A DNA stretch of 64,000 bases from positions 1-64,000 of the IMG/VR virus record IMGVR_UViG_3300010340_001609. One strand, written 5' to 3'. Positions 20,345-31,732 of this stretch are shown piece after piece. Every line of letters begins with the position of its first letter. The first letter of the stretch is position 1. The notes beneath the pieces were generated by a model. The model did no database searches and had not been told where the DNA came from. It was given only the letters and a program-made list of their open reading frames with translations. Made by a program: the position numbers and the translations under genes. Source of the DNA: a virus (taxonomy: Duplodnaviria > Caudoviricetes).

Positions 20345-21676
20345 TTAATCAAAAAATGGCCTGCCCGCTCGATAAAACGAATCATATACACCAGAGTCTC
20401 TTGTGTTTAAGGTCGAATTTAAATTTATTTCACTACCACTCGAACCACTTAAAAAAGTTACCTTCAATGGATAAGTTATTGTTTTATTTTTTGAATTAAA
20501 CATTGCTGAAAAAAGACGGCCGCAATGTTTAAATTGTAACTGTTCATGAGCTTTATTAGACAATAAAGCTTTTGATTTCTCTGGGAAGCCAGATTTAAGT
20601 CCATATTTCCAACCTCTAATTAAAGCACCAAAAAAAACTGATTCACATCTATAAATCCCAATGTTGTGAATAACATTTGTTATAAATTGTCCTCTATTAG
20701 CATATCCATCTCCAAAACCATAAACAAATTTAATGTTTGTTTCATTCGAAGCACTCTGAATAATATTTGTAGTTGTATTAAACATGGTGCCAGCACCATT
20801 TTGTTTGTCTGCAAAAATTCCGTGTATCGGTTTTGATGTGGTTAATGGCAACCCTGAAGTTTGAATTGATGTTGATGGAAAAAGAAAACCAAAAAAAATA
20901 TTTGTTTTATATTCAATAACATAAGGTGCGCTAGGCAAATATCCCCAAAAACCATCAGGATTCGAAGGTAAAAACTCTGGGAGCATTGTTATTGGTTTTG
21001 ATGTCTCAACTTCTTCATGATTAAAATTTATTCCATTGCTACCTTCTGTAGTATCGACAGATCCTGAAATGGAATAATACATTTTTTCAGGGGAGAAAAT
21101 CTTTCCTTGAAGTCTTTCTGCATTTTTATATTTTATTTCAAAAGGAAAAGACGTGTTCCACTTATCATTAGAAACTTGCTTAATTCCTGTGCTGCTCGTC
21201 GAAAATAAACTGTTGGGAACAATTGTGTTGGTTATTGGAGAATATAAATCCCCACCAAAAATATATTCCAACATAATAGATTGAGTAGCAAATCCTTTGC
21301 CTACATTTATCATTACTAAATTTCCACCATCAACATTGAATATTTCATTCATATCTGGTACAAAACTATCATAGTAATATTCATTTTCTGATTCAGCAAC
21401 AGAAAATTTATTATTCTTACTTATTAAAGTAACACTTGTTGATAATGCAGTTCTATAATCTGCAAAAGAGTTTGAGTAATATTCTGGTTTTATTAATGTG
21501 CTAGTAGGTAAACTATTTAGTAACCCGCTGCCAAATTTAGATATTGAGACGCCTCTATTTGTGTTTGTAGAAAGTTGCCCGTTTTCTTGCCTTGTAACAA
21601 GAAAAGCCCCAGTTATATAGTTGTCTGTATACGAGCCAACATAACTTGATCTTGAGTTAAGGTCTAAAATTGGCAT
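20345..21676 (-). CDS. putative virion structural protein
   Basis: 443 aa, S/G/T-rich, coupled in structural operon. Confidence 0.55.
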   Translation of the reverse strand: MPILDLNSRSSYVGSYTDNYITGAFLVTRQENGQLSTNTNRGVSISKFGSGLLNSLPTSTLIKPEYYSNSFADYRTALSTSVTLISKNNKFSVAESENEYYYDSFVPDMNEIFNVDGGNLVMINVGKGFATQSIMLEYIFGGDLYSPITNTIVPNSLFSTSSTGIKQVSNDKWNTSFPFEIKYKNAERLQGKIFSPEKMYYSISGSVDTTEGSNGINFNHEEVETSKPITMLPEFLPSNPDGFWGYLPSAPYVIEYKTNIFFGFLFPSTSIQTSGLPLTTSKPIHGIFADKQNGAGTMFNTTTNIIQSASNETNIKFVYGFGDGYANRGQFITNVIHNIGIYRCESVFFGALIRGWKYGLKSGFPEKSKALLSNKAHEQLQFKHCGRLFSAMFNSKNKTITYPLKVTFLSGSSGSEINLNSTLNTRDSGVYDSFYRAGRPFFD

Positions 21677-23350
21677 TTATTTTTTCTCTCCAATGTTAAT
21701 AGTAGATATTGTGTTTAGTGCAGATTCGTTTGAATCATATTTGTGTGATTCAATATAATCTAAAGAATCATTCATTTTTAGATAAGATCCAAATAGAGTG
21801 ATTTTTATCTTACCAGAGATTGAAAGCGTCGCAACATCTGTTTCTCCTGGCGGGAAAAAATTTAAACCTCTTGATGTTAGTGATAAGATATCTAAAAAAC
21901 TGGAATGATCAAAAATTGGTGCCTGAAATCCTAAAATAAGATTATCTTCTGGTAAAAGTATATATGGAATATTCACTACTGCAGAATTCTGAAAGCCAAG
22001 TGAAACACTTTTATCAGAATCTGAGTTGGTAATATCACTTAAATTAACTTTGCCTTCACTCGCTATTTGTTTGATTTGATTTCTTAAAGAAAAATCTTCA
22101 GCGTTTGATCTTGTTCCGTTGAAAGTTGATAATTTCTGAGAAAAAACTCTTTGAGTTCCTAGTGGATTGTCTATAAAATACATTAAATATGGCGGATAAT
22201 CATTTTTTGTTGCAACATTTGGAGCAAATTCAATAAGATTCTCTTCCGAAAGTGAAAAAGCAAATGTACCTTCATTTGATGCCAAATATTCAATATTATT
22301 TCTTATTTTATTTTCAATATTAGAATCCGCATATACACATCCCATTCTATAAAATCCAATTAAATCATTTGTTTCAGAACCTGCATGAATATATGGAAGC
22401 TCTAAATTAGTAAATATAGAATTTGGAGTTGATGGAAAATTAGGGATATTATCAAAAAATTGAAAATATTTGTATTTTGAATTACGAATAAAAATTTCAG
22501 ATTTTCTTTGATTCATTAAAAATATAGTGGCTAATGCAATCGAACTTGTAGTAAAATTTAAATTATCGTTCATTACGCAAGAAAGTTCTTCGATTTGTAT
22601 TTGTATTTTTTCTAAAACAAATGGTTCTTTAATATAAGAACCTAAATTTAACAAATTTTTAGAACTTCCTCGATAAGTTGGGGAACTTGGGAAACCAAAA
22701 TCTGAGATTGGCAACCCTAAATTTTCATAAATATCATCGGATTGATAAGCTTGATAAGTTTTATTGGTATCAACTATACTTGGACCAAATCCAAATGCTT
22801 TTTCAGTAAAATAACTATTAATTCCTATCGCTCCAAATGCTAATTCTGCAGAACCGCTATTAATTCCTATTTGATCTATTGTTTTCGTATCAAAATTGTA
22901 ATAACCAAATGGATTTTCTTTTGAATTTTTTGATGTTAAATTTTGTTCTGAACTTAATGGAAGTTCTAAACTAATGATAGTTTTGTCTTTCAATGGGCCA
23001 GAAAACCCAACGACGGAACTCCCAGTTGCATAATAAGAAGAAGTTAATAAATTTATTTTAGAATCATTAAAAGGATTATCGACTGAAGGATTTATTTGAT
23101 AAAAAAATGAAGACTCTGCATTTATTGGAGTTTTTGCATTAATTGATATTGAAGTTGAAAGTTCTGATGTTAACAATTCTGATGTGCTTGGAAGCATAGA
23201 AGGAAAATTAATTGATTGAGTTTGATTAAAATTAATTGTTTTAATATCAGAAAATGCATTTTCATCAACTAAAGATTTTTCCTGTTTTGTTTTTTTAACT
23301 TCATATGGATTTAATCCACGAATTCTGCTTAATTTTTCTATTCTAGCCAT
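21677..23350 (-). CDS. putative virion structural protein
   Basis: 557 aa, coupled in structural operon. Confidence 0.55.
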   Translation of the reverse strand: MARIEKLSRIRGLNPYEVKKTKQEKSLVDENAFSDIKTINFNQTQSINFPSMLPSTSELLTSELSTSISINAKTPINAESSFFYQINPSVDNPFNDSKINLLTSSYYATGSSVVGFSGPLKDKTIISLELPLSSEQNLTSKNSKENPFGYYNFDTKTIDQIGINSGSAELAFGAIGINSYFTEKAFGFGPSIVDTNKTYQAYQSDDIYENLGLPISDFGFPSSPTYRGSSKNLLNLGSYIKEPFVLEKIQIQIEELSCVMNDNLNFTTSSIALATIFLMNQRKSEIFIRNSKYKYFQFFDNIPNFPSTPNSIFTNLELPYIHAGSETNDLIGFYRMGCVYADSNIENKIRNNIEYLASNEGTFAFSLSEENLIEFAPNVATKNDYPPYLMYFIDNPLGTQRVFSQKLSTFNGTRSNAEDFSLRNQIKQIASEGKVNLSDITNSDSDKSVSLGFQNSAVVNIPYILLPEDNLILGFQAPIFDHSSFLDILSLTSRGLNFFPPGETDVATLSISGKIKITLFGSYLKMNDSLDYIESHKYDSNESALNTISTINIGEKK

Positions 23351-24225
23351 TAACTTCCTCTTATTTTCCCATTATAAGCAATCGAATCTGTTCCCGAATA
23401 ATTGTAAATCATATTAGAAACAGATGCACCTGCATTACAACTTTTAATTTCAAAACATTTTCTAATATCGTTATCTCTTGAATATTTTAAAGCAGCAATA
23501 GCTGATTCAAAATTTGAATCTGAATTTAGCACCAACGAATCTGAATTATTTTCTTTTTCAGTGTAAGCTGTGATATAAACTGTTTTATATATTTTATAAC
23601 CAGGAATTGTAATTCCACCCAAAACAGTTTGTCCTAAATCTAAAAATGGTTTAGCATTTTCTATTGAATTATCTATGTGTTCTAATACAAATTGGCTTAT
23701 TACTTGATTTCCATTATTTAATCCGTCTAATGGTCCACAATTTAAAAATCCACGAATACCTTTTGGTATATATCCACTTTCAATTGATTTAAGTCTATAA
23801 GATATTGGGAATGGTTCTATTATATTAGCTATTTGTGATGGTAATCCACCATTGGTTTCGATTGGATATGAATATAATTCAGAATTAGAAACAAATGAAA
23901 CTGGATCAAATTTAATTTCTTGTTCTGTAAAACAAACAATTCCTGTTGTTGCAGTAAATGAAGGTGTTTGACCAATAGAATTTATTTCTTCTTCTTTAAG
24001 TCCTTGTTCTATTTTTCCATCGGGTAATATTTTACCTGTCCATAGTTTCATTTTACTGTTTTGGTATAAATCTGTAGCTATTCTTAATTCAATACCTTGT
24101 CTGTGGGAATTATATTCAAGAATATTTGTAATTGAAGAATTGTCAGTATTTTTGATACTTTGTTTTCCAAAATCAATTTCATTAAATGCAGATTTTTCAT
24201 TTTCTGATAAAAAATTTATTGCCAT
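23350..24225 (-). CDS. putative virion structural protein
   Basis: 291 aa, coupled in structural operon. Confidence 0.55.
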   Translation of the reverse strand: MAINFLSENEKSAFNEIDFGKQSIKNTDNSSITNILEYNSHRQGIELRIATDLYQNSKMKLWTGKILPDGKIEQGLKEEEINSIGQTPSFTATTGIVCFTEQEIKFDPVSFVSNSELYSYPIETNGGLPSQIANIIEPFPISYRLKSIESGYIPKGIRGFLNCGPLDGLNNGNQVISQFVLEHIDNSIENAKPFLDLGQTVLGGITIPGYKIYKTVYITAYTEKENNSDSLVLNSDSNFESAIAALKYSRDNDIRKCFEIKSCNAGASVSNMIYNYSGTDSIAYNGKIRGS

Positions 24226-24226
24226 T

Positions 24227-27200
24227 TTAATATGTTTTAATTACTCCTTGAATTGTTTGAGCTACATTTGGAGCTGCTGAAGAATTTAAATTTGCTCTGT
24301 TTAGATATTGGTTATAAAATTTATACTGTACTTTAGAACTTTCTAAGATGTGTGGTTGAATAACAAAGTTAATACCTTTAAATTTAACATTTTTAGATAA
24401 TAATGATTTTATAAAATCATTTAATGTCATATTAAACCATTTATAAAATTCAAAAAAGGATTTTATGTTTAAATTCGTAGTTAATCTATTAAAGTAAAGT
24501 GTTCTTAAAGACTCAAGTTCTGGGTAATCTACACTAAAAAGATTTGCAGGGTCACCTAAAATATTTTCTAACATTGAAAAATCCCCAAATAGATTTACAA
24601 TATCTGCATTTAAAACTTCTGCTATACCAAAATCAATGCTTAATTTTGTACTGTCTGTCGGCTGTTCTTCGATTTCTAAATTGTATTTTGGCGCGACAGA
24701 TACAATTTCATTATATTCATTAGGATTTATTAAGCTTCTAATTCGAACTTTATTATCTGATATCGCTTCTGTAAATGATGTTGCGGGAATACTATATCTT
24801 ATTGGTTGTTTTGTTATTGGTGATTCAGAAAAACCAGAACCAAATAGATTGAAATTATTCTGACTTAAGTCTAAAAGTTTAAAGTTAGAATAATCTGAAA
24901 CACTTTCTTCAAAATCGTGGATCATTCTGATTTTCTCATAGGAACCAGACCTAACTGTTTCAAATTGATTATTTGTTAAAGGGTCTTCTACACCAATAGA
25001 TTTGATATTTCTAATATGCTCAAAAGTTTCAGTGTTTGTAACATATTTCGACCAAAATCTTAATTGACTCACCTTTCCATCAAAATAATTTATTTTATTT
25101 GTTTTAGATACAAGTTCTGACACAAAAGAACCACTTCCAATTGATAGGTAAGACCCACTAGGAACAAACCCAGAGGAAGGTAAAGTTGTTAATAAATTTG
25201 TAGAAGGACTTGTGCCTATATCATCGTAAAAGCTTGTGGTTGAGAAAAAATCAGTAATTTCTCCTTGGTTTTGTTTTCCAATTTTTATAAAAAATGAAGA
25301 TGAAGTTGATTGATTGAATTCAATTGAATCATAACGTTGTTTTCCAAAAGAAATAAACCAAGGAGATTGATCAAAAAGATCAAATGATCCAGTTAATGAA
25401 AGACTCATTGACATTGAACTGCTAAAGGCTGAGTTTGGTAAATAATCTAAAACTAAACTATTAGGACCAGTAGTATAAAGATTTCCAATGACTGCTTCGG
25501 ACCCAACAGATCCAGAGTCTACAGAAATTCTCATTAAACTTTGCGTTGCGGTTTGATTTTGATTTAATATGAATAAACCTTCAAATGCCCAACTTCCAGA
25601 AGTCAAAAGATTATCAGATGAAGTCGATGAAATCGTTGGATAACCTGGTTCAATTCTTGGAGATTGAAAATATGAAGAAGTCAATAAGGATGCACTTGAG
25701 AAAGTTAAAAAATTGAAAATTTCCTGCTTCGTTTCTCTTGTGTTTTTTAATGTTCGTTCTATTGAACCACCGTATTCTTTAATTTTAAAAAATGAATATG
25801 GTTCCAGACCAATAGAACGTAAAAACACATCAATCGAATATCGTGTTCCTTTAGAAACCAAAATGTCTTTTGCGTTTATTAAAATTCTCTTCCAAATTTT
25901 ATTTTGGATTGTTTTTAATGATAAACTTGAAGTGCTTGAATCTTGGTCATCCACATCGTCACCATATACAAATTGAGTAATATTTGCATTCGAAAACAAA
26001 TCTGGTAATTCAATTCCATATCGTTTAGCTAAAAATTCTAGAAAATAGTCAGAAATAACATTTGTGTCGTCATAATCCACATGAATTAAATTACTAAACT
26101 CTTTTATGAAAATTTGTATTTCATCAAAAAAATCTGCGGTTGCATATAATAGGCTATTCAACGTTTGGGTAGAACCAAGCTGAGCAGTTTTTGGTAGAGA
26201 TCCATTTAGTTCATTTTCAATTCCCCCAGTATTTGAATTTATTCCATCTGCTATCTTACCTTCCTCAAAGTAATGTGGTGGAATTAAATTTGTAATCAAT
26301 GCTGGGTTTTCATTGTCAAATTCTATAGCTGATGAAAGTATTGTTTCTCTCATTTGTTGAACTGAACTTATATTTGAAAACAAAATTGGATTTAAATTTC
26401 TTTGCTCATAGGTTACAGGGGGATTTCCTATTGAGTTCGTCATAAAACTTCTTGTAGTATACAATCCAAAAAGATTGTTTGAACTATAGTCTAAAATAAT
26501 TTTTTTACTTGTGCCTTCAGGTTCATTAAACTTATAATATAATTTTAATTCTGGTAATTGAAAGATATTTTTTAGTTTAGATTTTTGAATGTCTTTTTCG
26601 GTTTTTAATTCATGCCAAATTCTCAATTCATCAATTGCACCTGAAAGAATTTCTGTTGGGGTAAAAATAGAAGAGTCGATATTAAAATTCGATCCACTAA
26701 AAATTGTTAAATCAGCATTGTTGATGTTTAAATCATTAAGTTCTGTTCTTGAACTTGTTTGTGTCAACACAGCATCGACAAACATTTCTAATTGATTTTT
26801 TCTATCAGAACGATCCCAGTTAAAACAAACATGATTCCAAACTCCTTTAGACAGAGATGCCGAAGTCGATAGTGAAAAAGCACCAGAATTCACGGTGAAT
26901 CCACAAAAATATTCTGAGGTTGTACTTGCACTTACCCACTCAGTAAATCCGTGTGAACCACTTAATTTTTGTAAGATTATTGAATTTCCATTTGTTTGAT
27001 TTGGCACCCAAATCCAATTTTCAATTGATAAATTTTTAGAACCAGTTGGATTTAATCTGGAGACGCCATTTTTATTTTGAGAAATTTCTAAATCGTTTGT
27101 ACCACTTGAATCTTTTGTTGTTATGACCGCATTACCCTCGGAATAAAAATATCCAAAATTATAAGGCATATTATCAAAAATATACTTTTGGTATCCTGTT

Positions 27201-27520
27201 AGTGAATCTTCAAAATTTTCAAATTCTTTTTGAGTTCCATCGAATGGAAAATTGTTTATTATGGTTTTAAAAGCTTCGTTTGTTTTTACCTGTGCTGAAC
27301 CATAAAAAACATGTTGTGAAAAATTACTCCAATCAATATTAAATTGTTGAGTTGATTTTAAGCCAGTATTCAAAGGATCATATCTAAAAGACGAAGAAGT
27401 ATCTAAATTAATTGATTCATCCAGTCCATATTGTTTAGCAACAAGCCCTTTTGAAGAATTTGTTTTTATATTAAAAAACCTTGGTTTCAGAGTCACTAAA
27501 ACATTAGAATTTGACTTCAT
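24227..27520 (-). CDS. baseplate wedge-like protein with LamG domains
   Basis: LSIENWIWVP..WNHVCFNW..MFVDA..GAIDELRIWH LamG; LEFLAKRYGIEL..IWKRIL..SKGT..IKEYGG resembles gp7/P2 gpI-type wedge segment. Confidence 0.7.
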   Translation of the reverse strand: MKSNSNVLVTLKPRFFNIKTNSSKGLVAKQYGLDESINLDTSSSFRYDPLNTGLKSTQQFNIDWSNFSQHVFYGSAQVKTNEAFKTIINNFPFDGTQKEFENFEDSLTGYQKYIFDNMPYNFGYFYSEGNAVITTKDSSGTNDLEISQNKNGVSRLNPTGSKNLSIENWIWVPNQTNGNSIILQKLSGSHGFTEWVSASTTSEYFCGFTVNSGAFSLSTSASLSKGVWNHVCFNWDRSDRKNQLEMFVDAVLTQTSSRTELNDLNINNADLTIFSGSNFNIDSSIFTPTEILSGAIDELRIWHELKTEKDIQKSKLKNIFQLPELKLYYKFNEPEGTSKKIILDYSSNNLFGLYTTRSFMTNSIGNPPVTYEQRNLNPILFSNISSVQQMRETILSSAIEFDNENPALITNLIPPHYFEEGKIADGINSNTGGIENELNGSLPKTAQLGSTQTLNSLLYATADFFDEIQIFIKEFSNLIHVDYDDTNVISDYFLEFLAKRYGIELPDLFSNANITQFVYGDDVDDQDSSTSSLSLKTIQNKIWKRILINAKDILVSKGTRYSIDVFLRSIGLEPYSFFKIKEYGGSIERTLKNTRETKQEIFNFLTFSSASLLTSSYFQSPRIEPGYPTISSTSSDNLLTSGSWAFEGLFILNQNQTATQSLMRISVDSGSVGSEAVIGNLYTTGPNSLVLDYLPNSAFSSSMSMSLSLTGSFDLFDQSPWFISFGKQRYDSIEFNQSTSSSFFIKIGKQNQGEITDFFSTTSFYDDIGTSPSTNLLTTLPSSGFVPSGSYLSIGSGSFVSELVSKTNKINYFDGKVSQLRFWSKYVTNTETFEHIRNIKSIGVEDPLTNNQFETVRSGSYEKIRMIHDFEESVSDYSNFKLLDLSQNNFNLFGSGFSESPITKQPIRYSIPATSFTEAISDNKVRIRSLINPNEYNEIVSVAPKYNLEIEEQPTDSTKLSIDFGIAEVLNADIVNLFGDFSMLENILGDPANLFSVDYPELESLRTLYFNRLTTNLNIKSFFEFYKWFNMTLNDFIKSLLSKNVKFKGINFVIQPHILESSKVQYKFYNQYLNRANLNSSAAPNVAQTIQGVIKTY

Positions 27521-27551
27521 GCGAATAAATATGATATTATAAAAATGCTAG

Positions 27552-29129
27552 TTAAAGAACTTTAAATCTATAACCAGTATTTTTATAATACGTGGATTCA
27601 TTCGTCGAAATATTTTCCATGAATTCTAATTCATAAACTTTGTTTGATATAAAATTTTTCATTTCCAAGGTAAAAGTCATGCAGTTTCCGTCACAAGAAA
27701 TTTTGGTTGCATTACTTTCTGTTGTAAATGGGATAATTTCTTCTTTTGTATAAGAATCAACCACTCTAAAGAAGAAGTTATCACTTAATAAAATGTTACT
27801 ATTATTTATTCTTGAAAATTTATTTATTTCAGAACTGTTATTTGTTAATAAACAACTAAATTTTACATTTTGCTCTTTTTTATATTCATGTTTAAAATTT
27901 AAGATTGACAATACGTTCATTTCATTTAAATTCCCACCAATAAATGTTGTGTCTTTTTTAAATTTCAAATTTTCTTCTTGTCCAAAACTTACCGATCCAT
28001 CATTACTTTTCCAATAGCCTTTAAAATAAATTTCTGATAAAGAATTTGAATGAAAATTTATGAAATCTGGATCATTATAATCGATATCTACAGTCGCAAG
28101 ATAAGATCCAGTTATTTCTTTTGAGTTTAAAACAAATTGAGAGCCAGAAAATGATTTACTGTAATAAATCACACTCCTTGTGTTATATGTTATACTCCTT
28201 GAGTGAGATGGACTAAATGAAGTCGTTTGATACGACACCGAACGCGACGCGATTAAATTTAATGTGACACAATTAGAGCCAGTTAATTCTATAGAATTTG
28301 AAACAAAATTTTTATACTGTCCGAATTTTTTATTTTTAATACTGATTTTATTTTCAAAATTAAAATATAAATCTTCATTATTTTGAAAATAACTGTCATC
28401 TAATAAACAAATAACTTTTGGCTGTAATGTCTCTTTGTTTATGTGACGAGAACCAAATCTTTTAACAAAAAACGTGTTTGTTGAATCTTCTATTGAAGAA
28501 GTAAGAGATAATCTAAAGCCATTGTTTTCAACAACTCCTGCTAAAACAGCAGAAACGAAAGGTGTTATATCAGCAACAAGGTCTTCGGTCCCAACTGTAA
28601 AATCAACATCTTGCTGGAAATTCGAATAAAAATCAACGTTAGGAGTACCTATCGAACCAGAAGAATTAGCTCCAGAAACTGTCCATAAAATCGGAGTCCC
28701 ATTATCAATGCTTGAAGTTTGCCAATTACAAGCATCAATATCTCTGTATTCTATTACATCAAAACCAATACCCTCATTGAAAGATTTTGCAAGTGGATTA
28801 ACAGAAATCGAAAAATTTGTTGGAGTTGTATTTCCACCATAAATGTTTTTTAACACTAGTTTTGCTTTAAAGCTGGGATCTGTATATGGAAACAATGATG
28901 AAGAAAGTTCAGAGAAATCAAAATAAATTAAACCCCTAGACATTTCTTTAAGGCTTTGAGAGAATGCGCTTCCTGTTAATGTTGAAGAAATACTCGCCTC
29001 ATTATAAAGATAATAAAGATCAATGCTAGATGCTAAACCAACATTTGAGGTTTCTTGCCTTTCGTTATTGATCCATTTATTTTGTATATATGTATCTTTT
29101 GTTGCTTTTATAATTTTATACATTGTCAA
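27552..29129 (-). CDS. virion structural protein (baseplate-associated)
   Basis: ATKDTYI..SRGLIYFD..DITPFV..NNGFRL..QPKV pattern (DNRLRE-like); follows the baseplate J-like gene. Confidence 0.6.
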   Translation of the reverse strand: MTMYKIIKATKDTYIQNKWINNERQETSNVGLASSIDLYYLYNEASISSTLTGSAFSQSLKEMSRGLIYFDFSELSSSLFPYTDPSFKAKLVLKNIYGGNTTPTNFSISVNPLAKSFNEGIGFDVIEYRDIDACNWQTSSIDNGTPILWTVSGANSSGSIGTPNVDFYSNFQQDVDFTVGTEDLVADITPFVSAVLAGVVENNGFRLSLTSSIEDSTNTFFVKRFGSRHINKETLQPKVICLLDDSYFQNNEDLYFNFENKISIKNKKFGQYKNFVSNSIELTGSNCVTLNLIASRSVSYQTTSFSPSHSRSITYNTRSVIYYSKSFSGSQFVLNSKEITGSYLATVDIDYNDPDFINFHSNSLSEIYFKGYWKSNDGSVSFGQEENLKFKKDTTFIGGNLNEMNVLSILNFKHEYKKEQNVKFSCLLTNNSSEINKFSRINNSNILLSDNFFFRVVDSYTKEEIIPFTTESNATKISCDGNCMTFTLEMKNFISNKVYELEFMENISTNESTYYKNTGYRFKVL

Positions 29130-29132
29130 TTA

Positions 29133-31007
29133 TTAAATAACAGACCCAAGTATATTCTCAGATGGGTATTTTAATTCAAATATACCACCATTAGGCGCGA
29201 TTACTATATTTTTTCTTGTGTTGGCAGCAAAATCATAAGAATTTGAACTATAAGTTTTCCCATTTATCGTACCAGCAACATTCGTCAATCGAACGAACTC
29301 TACAGATAACACCCCAGGATTATTGAAAATAATATTGTTTATTTCAGATAAATTTAACGATTGTTCTATTTGAAAATTATTGATTGAAAAATATTTTTCT
29401 AATTTTTTGTTAATATTTTGTATTACAATTTGTTTGTTTTGATTTTTCGTTAATGAGATTTGATATTCAATTTTAAAATTAACAATTTGTCCATCTAATA
29501 TATCAAATGAGTCTGGTATTACCCTGAAGGTATTTAAATATTTTACTAAATTTTCTTTTAGTGTATCGTTTGAAATTGTTAAATTTCCATCAATTCCTTT
29601 TGAAAGTAGATATATAATTGACGAATTGTTATTCCATGGATTTGGCTTTAACGCTGCTCTAAAAACTCTTCCAAATGTTGATGGCATTGTATATATTCTT
29701 GCTAAAACATCTCTGGTTTCAACAACTCTTGATTGTGCTGCTGCAAAAGAAGGAATTAAATTTTTAAGTTCATCAATTGAAAGTGCATCTAAACCACCAG
29801 CTGCATCAAATTCATTTTTGACTTTTATTGAATTTTTTACATAGTTTGCAATATCAACAGATGTTGAAAATGGAAATCTAAAATATAAAACATTAATATT
29901 GTTTGTAATTGATTCTGCAGGAACGTTGTGTCTTAATCCACCACCGTAACGATATGTTATTGTAACAGTGCTATTCGGTACAATAGTACCTAATGTGCTT
30001 GTTCCAAGTAAGTTATTTGGATTAATCGTAATTCTGTTTATTGCTGTTTTTCCATACAATGGTAATGCAAATTTTGAGGGATCTGGAATCAAATCATCAT
30101 CTGTTGATTCAGCATTTCCACCGCCAAAGCGTAACACAGTCAACCCAGAAGAATTACTTTGTTTTTTTACATATCTATATGGCGCAGATTTTAAAAACAT
30201 TACACTTTCAGTTTCTAAAGAATCCGAATTTACATTTTCTTGTTTTAAATAAACAACATCATTTGCTAATGTTTCTAGTTCATAATATACGTTTCCATAG
30301 TTGTCAATAACACTTATTATATCTGTAACATTTTCAAAGCTTAATACAAATTCTTTAAATGGTTCAAATCCATTAAAAGTGAAACTATCAGTCGCTAATT
30401 GTCCAGAAATACAAACACCTTTTAATTTCATTGTAAAATATGTAGGATTATTACTTGCATCTCTTTTTGAAATTTCTATTGTTGCAATATATTGATTATT
30501 TTTATCTTTTTTAGAAAAATCTAATGTTTCAGTTAAATTGAATAAAATACCTTGTTTAGAATTCAAAACAGTTCCTTCTTCTATTATTGGAAGTGCAGTA
30601 GGATCAACAGCAAATCCCGTTGCTGTCATAACTGAAGGAACTTCTATTTCGAAAGTAACTAAAACAACCGCTGGTGTAGCCCCAATCATTGGAACTCTAT
30701 TGTCTCTTAAATGTCTTTCAATATTTCTTGGTTCAACAGCAGTTTCTGGGGAAAGTTCGTGAAATTGATGATCTAAATAAAAAGACTGAGAATCTCCAAT
30801 CATTGAAACGGTATCAAGAAACATTCCCATAAAGCTACCAATTGAGACATCTTTTATTTTATCTCCATAATAACTCCTTAAATGTTTTTCCATTTCATTT
30901 CTAAAAGATTGAAAATCTTTATTAAGATATGATCTTGTTAAAACTTGTTTTAAGACTTCTTTTTTAGATAAATCATTTGACATGGTTGTTATTTCTAAAT
31001 ATCTCAT
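29133..31007 (-). CDS. baseplate wedge subunit (T4 gp6 / baseplate J-like)
   Basis: YLNKDFQSFR, SFYLD, LRFGGG, ITYRYGGG, AAGGLD, AQSRVV..D motifs; adjacent to gp25-like gene. Confidence 0.85.
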   Translation of the reverse strand: MRYLEITTMSNDLSKKEVLKQVLTRSYLNKDFQSFRNEMEKHLRSYYGDKIKDVSIGSFMGMFLDTVSMIGDSQSFYLDHQFHELSPETAVEPRNIERHLRDNRVPMIGATPAVVLVTFEIEVPSVMTATGFAVDPTALPIIEEGTVLNSKQGILFNLTETLDFSKKDKNNQYIATIEISKRDASNNPTYFTMKLKGVCISGQLATDSFTFNGFEPFKEFVLSFENVTDIISVIDNYGNVYYELETLANDVVYLKQENVNSDSLETESVMFLKSAPYRYVKKQSNSSGLTVLRFGGGNAESTDDDLIPDPSKFALPLYGKTAINRITINPNNLLGTSTLGTIVPNSTVTITYRYGGGLRHNVPAESITNNINVLYFRFPFSTSVDIANYVKNSIKVKNEFDAAGGLDALSIDELKNLIPSFAAAQSRVVETRDVLARIYTMPSTFGRVFRAALKPNPWNNNSSIIYLLSKGIDGNLTISNDTLKENLVKYLNTFRVIPDSFDILDGQIVNFKIEYQISLTKNQNKQIVIQNINKKLEKYFSINNFQIEQSLNLSEINNIIFNNPGVLSVEFVRLTNVAGTINGKTYSSNSYDFAANTRKNIVIAPNGGIFELKYPSENILGSVI

Positions 31008-31009
31008 TT

Positions 31010-31477
31010 TTAAGATACAAAAATTGATAACTTAATATAAGCTTCTGATATGTTTAACTTTGGAACATTAAAACCTATCAATATATCAATTCTACTTATA
31101 GAATTTTGAATATCTCTGAAAGGTTTATGTTTAAACTCCCTTAAATTAACATAAGGCATATAATCTCTTACAGCAGTGTTAATTCTTACCATAGCTTCTG
31201 CCTCAAAATTATCATCACTTGAATATTCAATTGAAAGTGGTTTTAAATTGGCCCCAAAAAAATATCTTCCTAATCTTTCGCCATGATTTGTCATTATTAG
31301 GTTTTTTAAATTATCTTTTAAAACTTCAGTAACATCACTTGATGTGTTAAAAAAATATTCATTTTCCTCACTAATAGTCAGAGGAGTTAATATTCCGACA
31401 GGAGTCTCTGAAACTACAGGATTTAGTAATTTACGAGTTTCATATATTTTAAAACCAACGTTTTCAAAACTTGTCAT
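31010..31477 (-). CDS. baseplate wedge protein gp25-like (sheath initiator)
   Basis: DNLKNLIMTNHGER..FGANL..YMPYV signature. Confidence 0.88.
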   Translation of the reverse strand: MTSFENVGFKIYETRKLLNPVVSETPVGILTPLTISEENEYFFNTSSDVTEVLKDNLKNLIMTNHGERLGRYFFGANLKPLSIEYSSDDNFEAEAMVRINTAVRDYMPYVNLREFKHKPFRDIQNSISRIDILIGFNVPKLNISEAYIKLSIFVS

Positions 31478-31485
31478 AAAGATAA

Positions 31486-31731
31486 CTATTTTTTTCTAAC
31501 AAAATCATTAAATTTTATTGCCCTAACTGGCATTCCGTCTGGGCCTGGACATTGAATTGCTTCTAGAATTAATTCTAACCTTTGTCCAACTTGATCTTGT
31601 ATGTAAGAATCTATTAAATTTGATAAATCCTCCGACATTTTGTCTTTTAATTCTTCTGCTGTTTGCGGGTTATTTGTAGTTTCAATTGAAAAAATTTTTT
31701 TTATGTTTTCTTTTAGATCATTTTTTGTCAT
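31486..31731 (-). CDS. small baseplate-associated hypothetical protein
   Basis: Likely start ATG 31731 (MTKND); between gp5-like and gp25-like genes. Confidence 0.55.
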   Translation of the reverse strand: MTKNDLKENIKKIFSIETTNNPQTAEELKDKMSEDLSNLIDSYIQDQVGQRLELILEAIQCPGPDGMPVRAIKFNDFVRKK

Positions 31732-31732
31732 T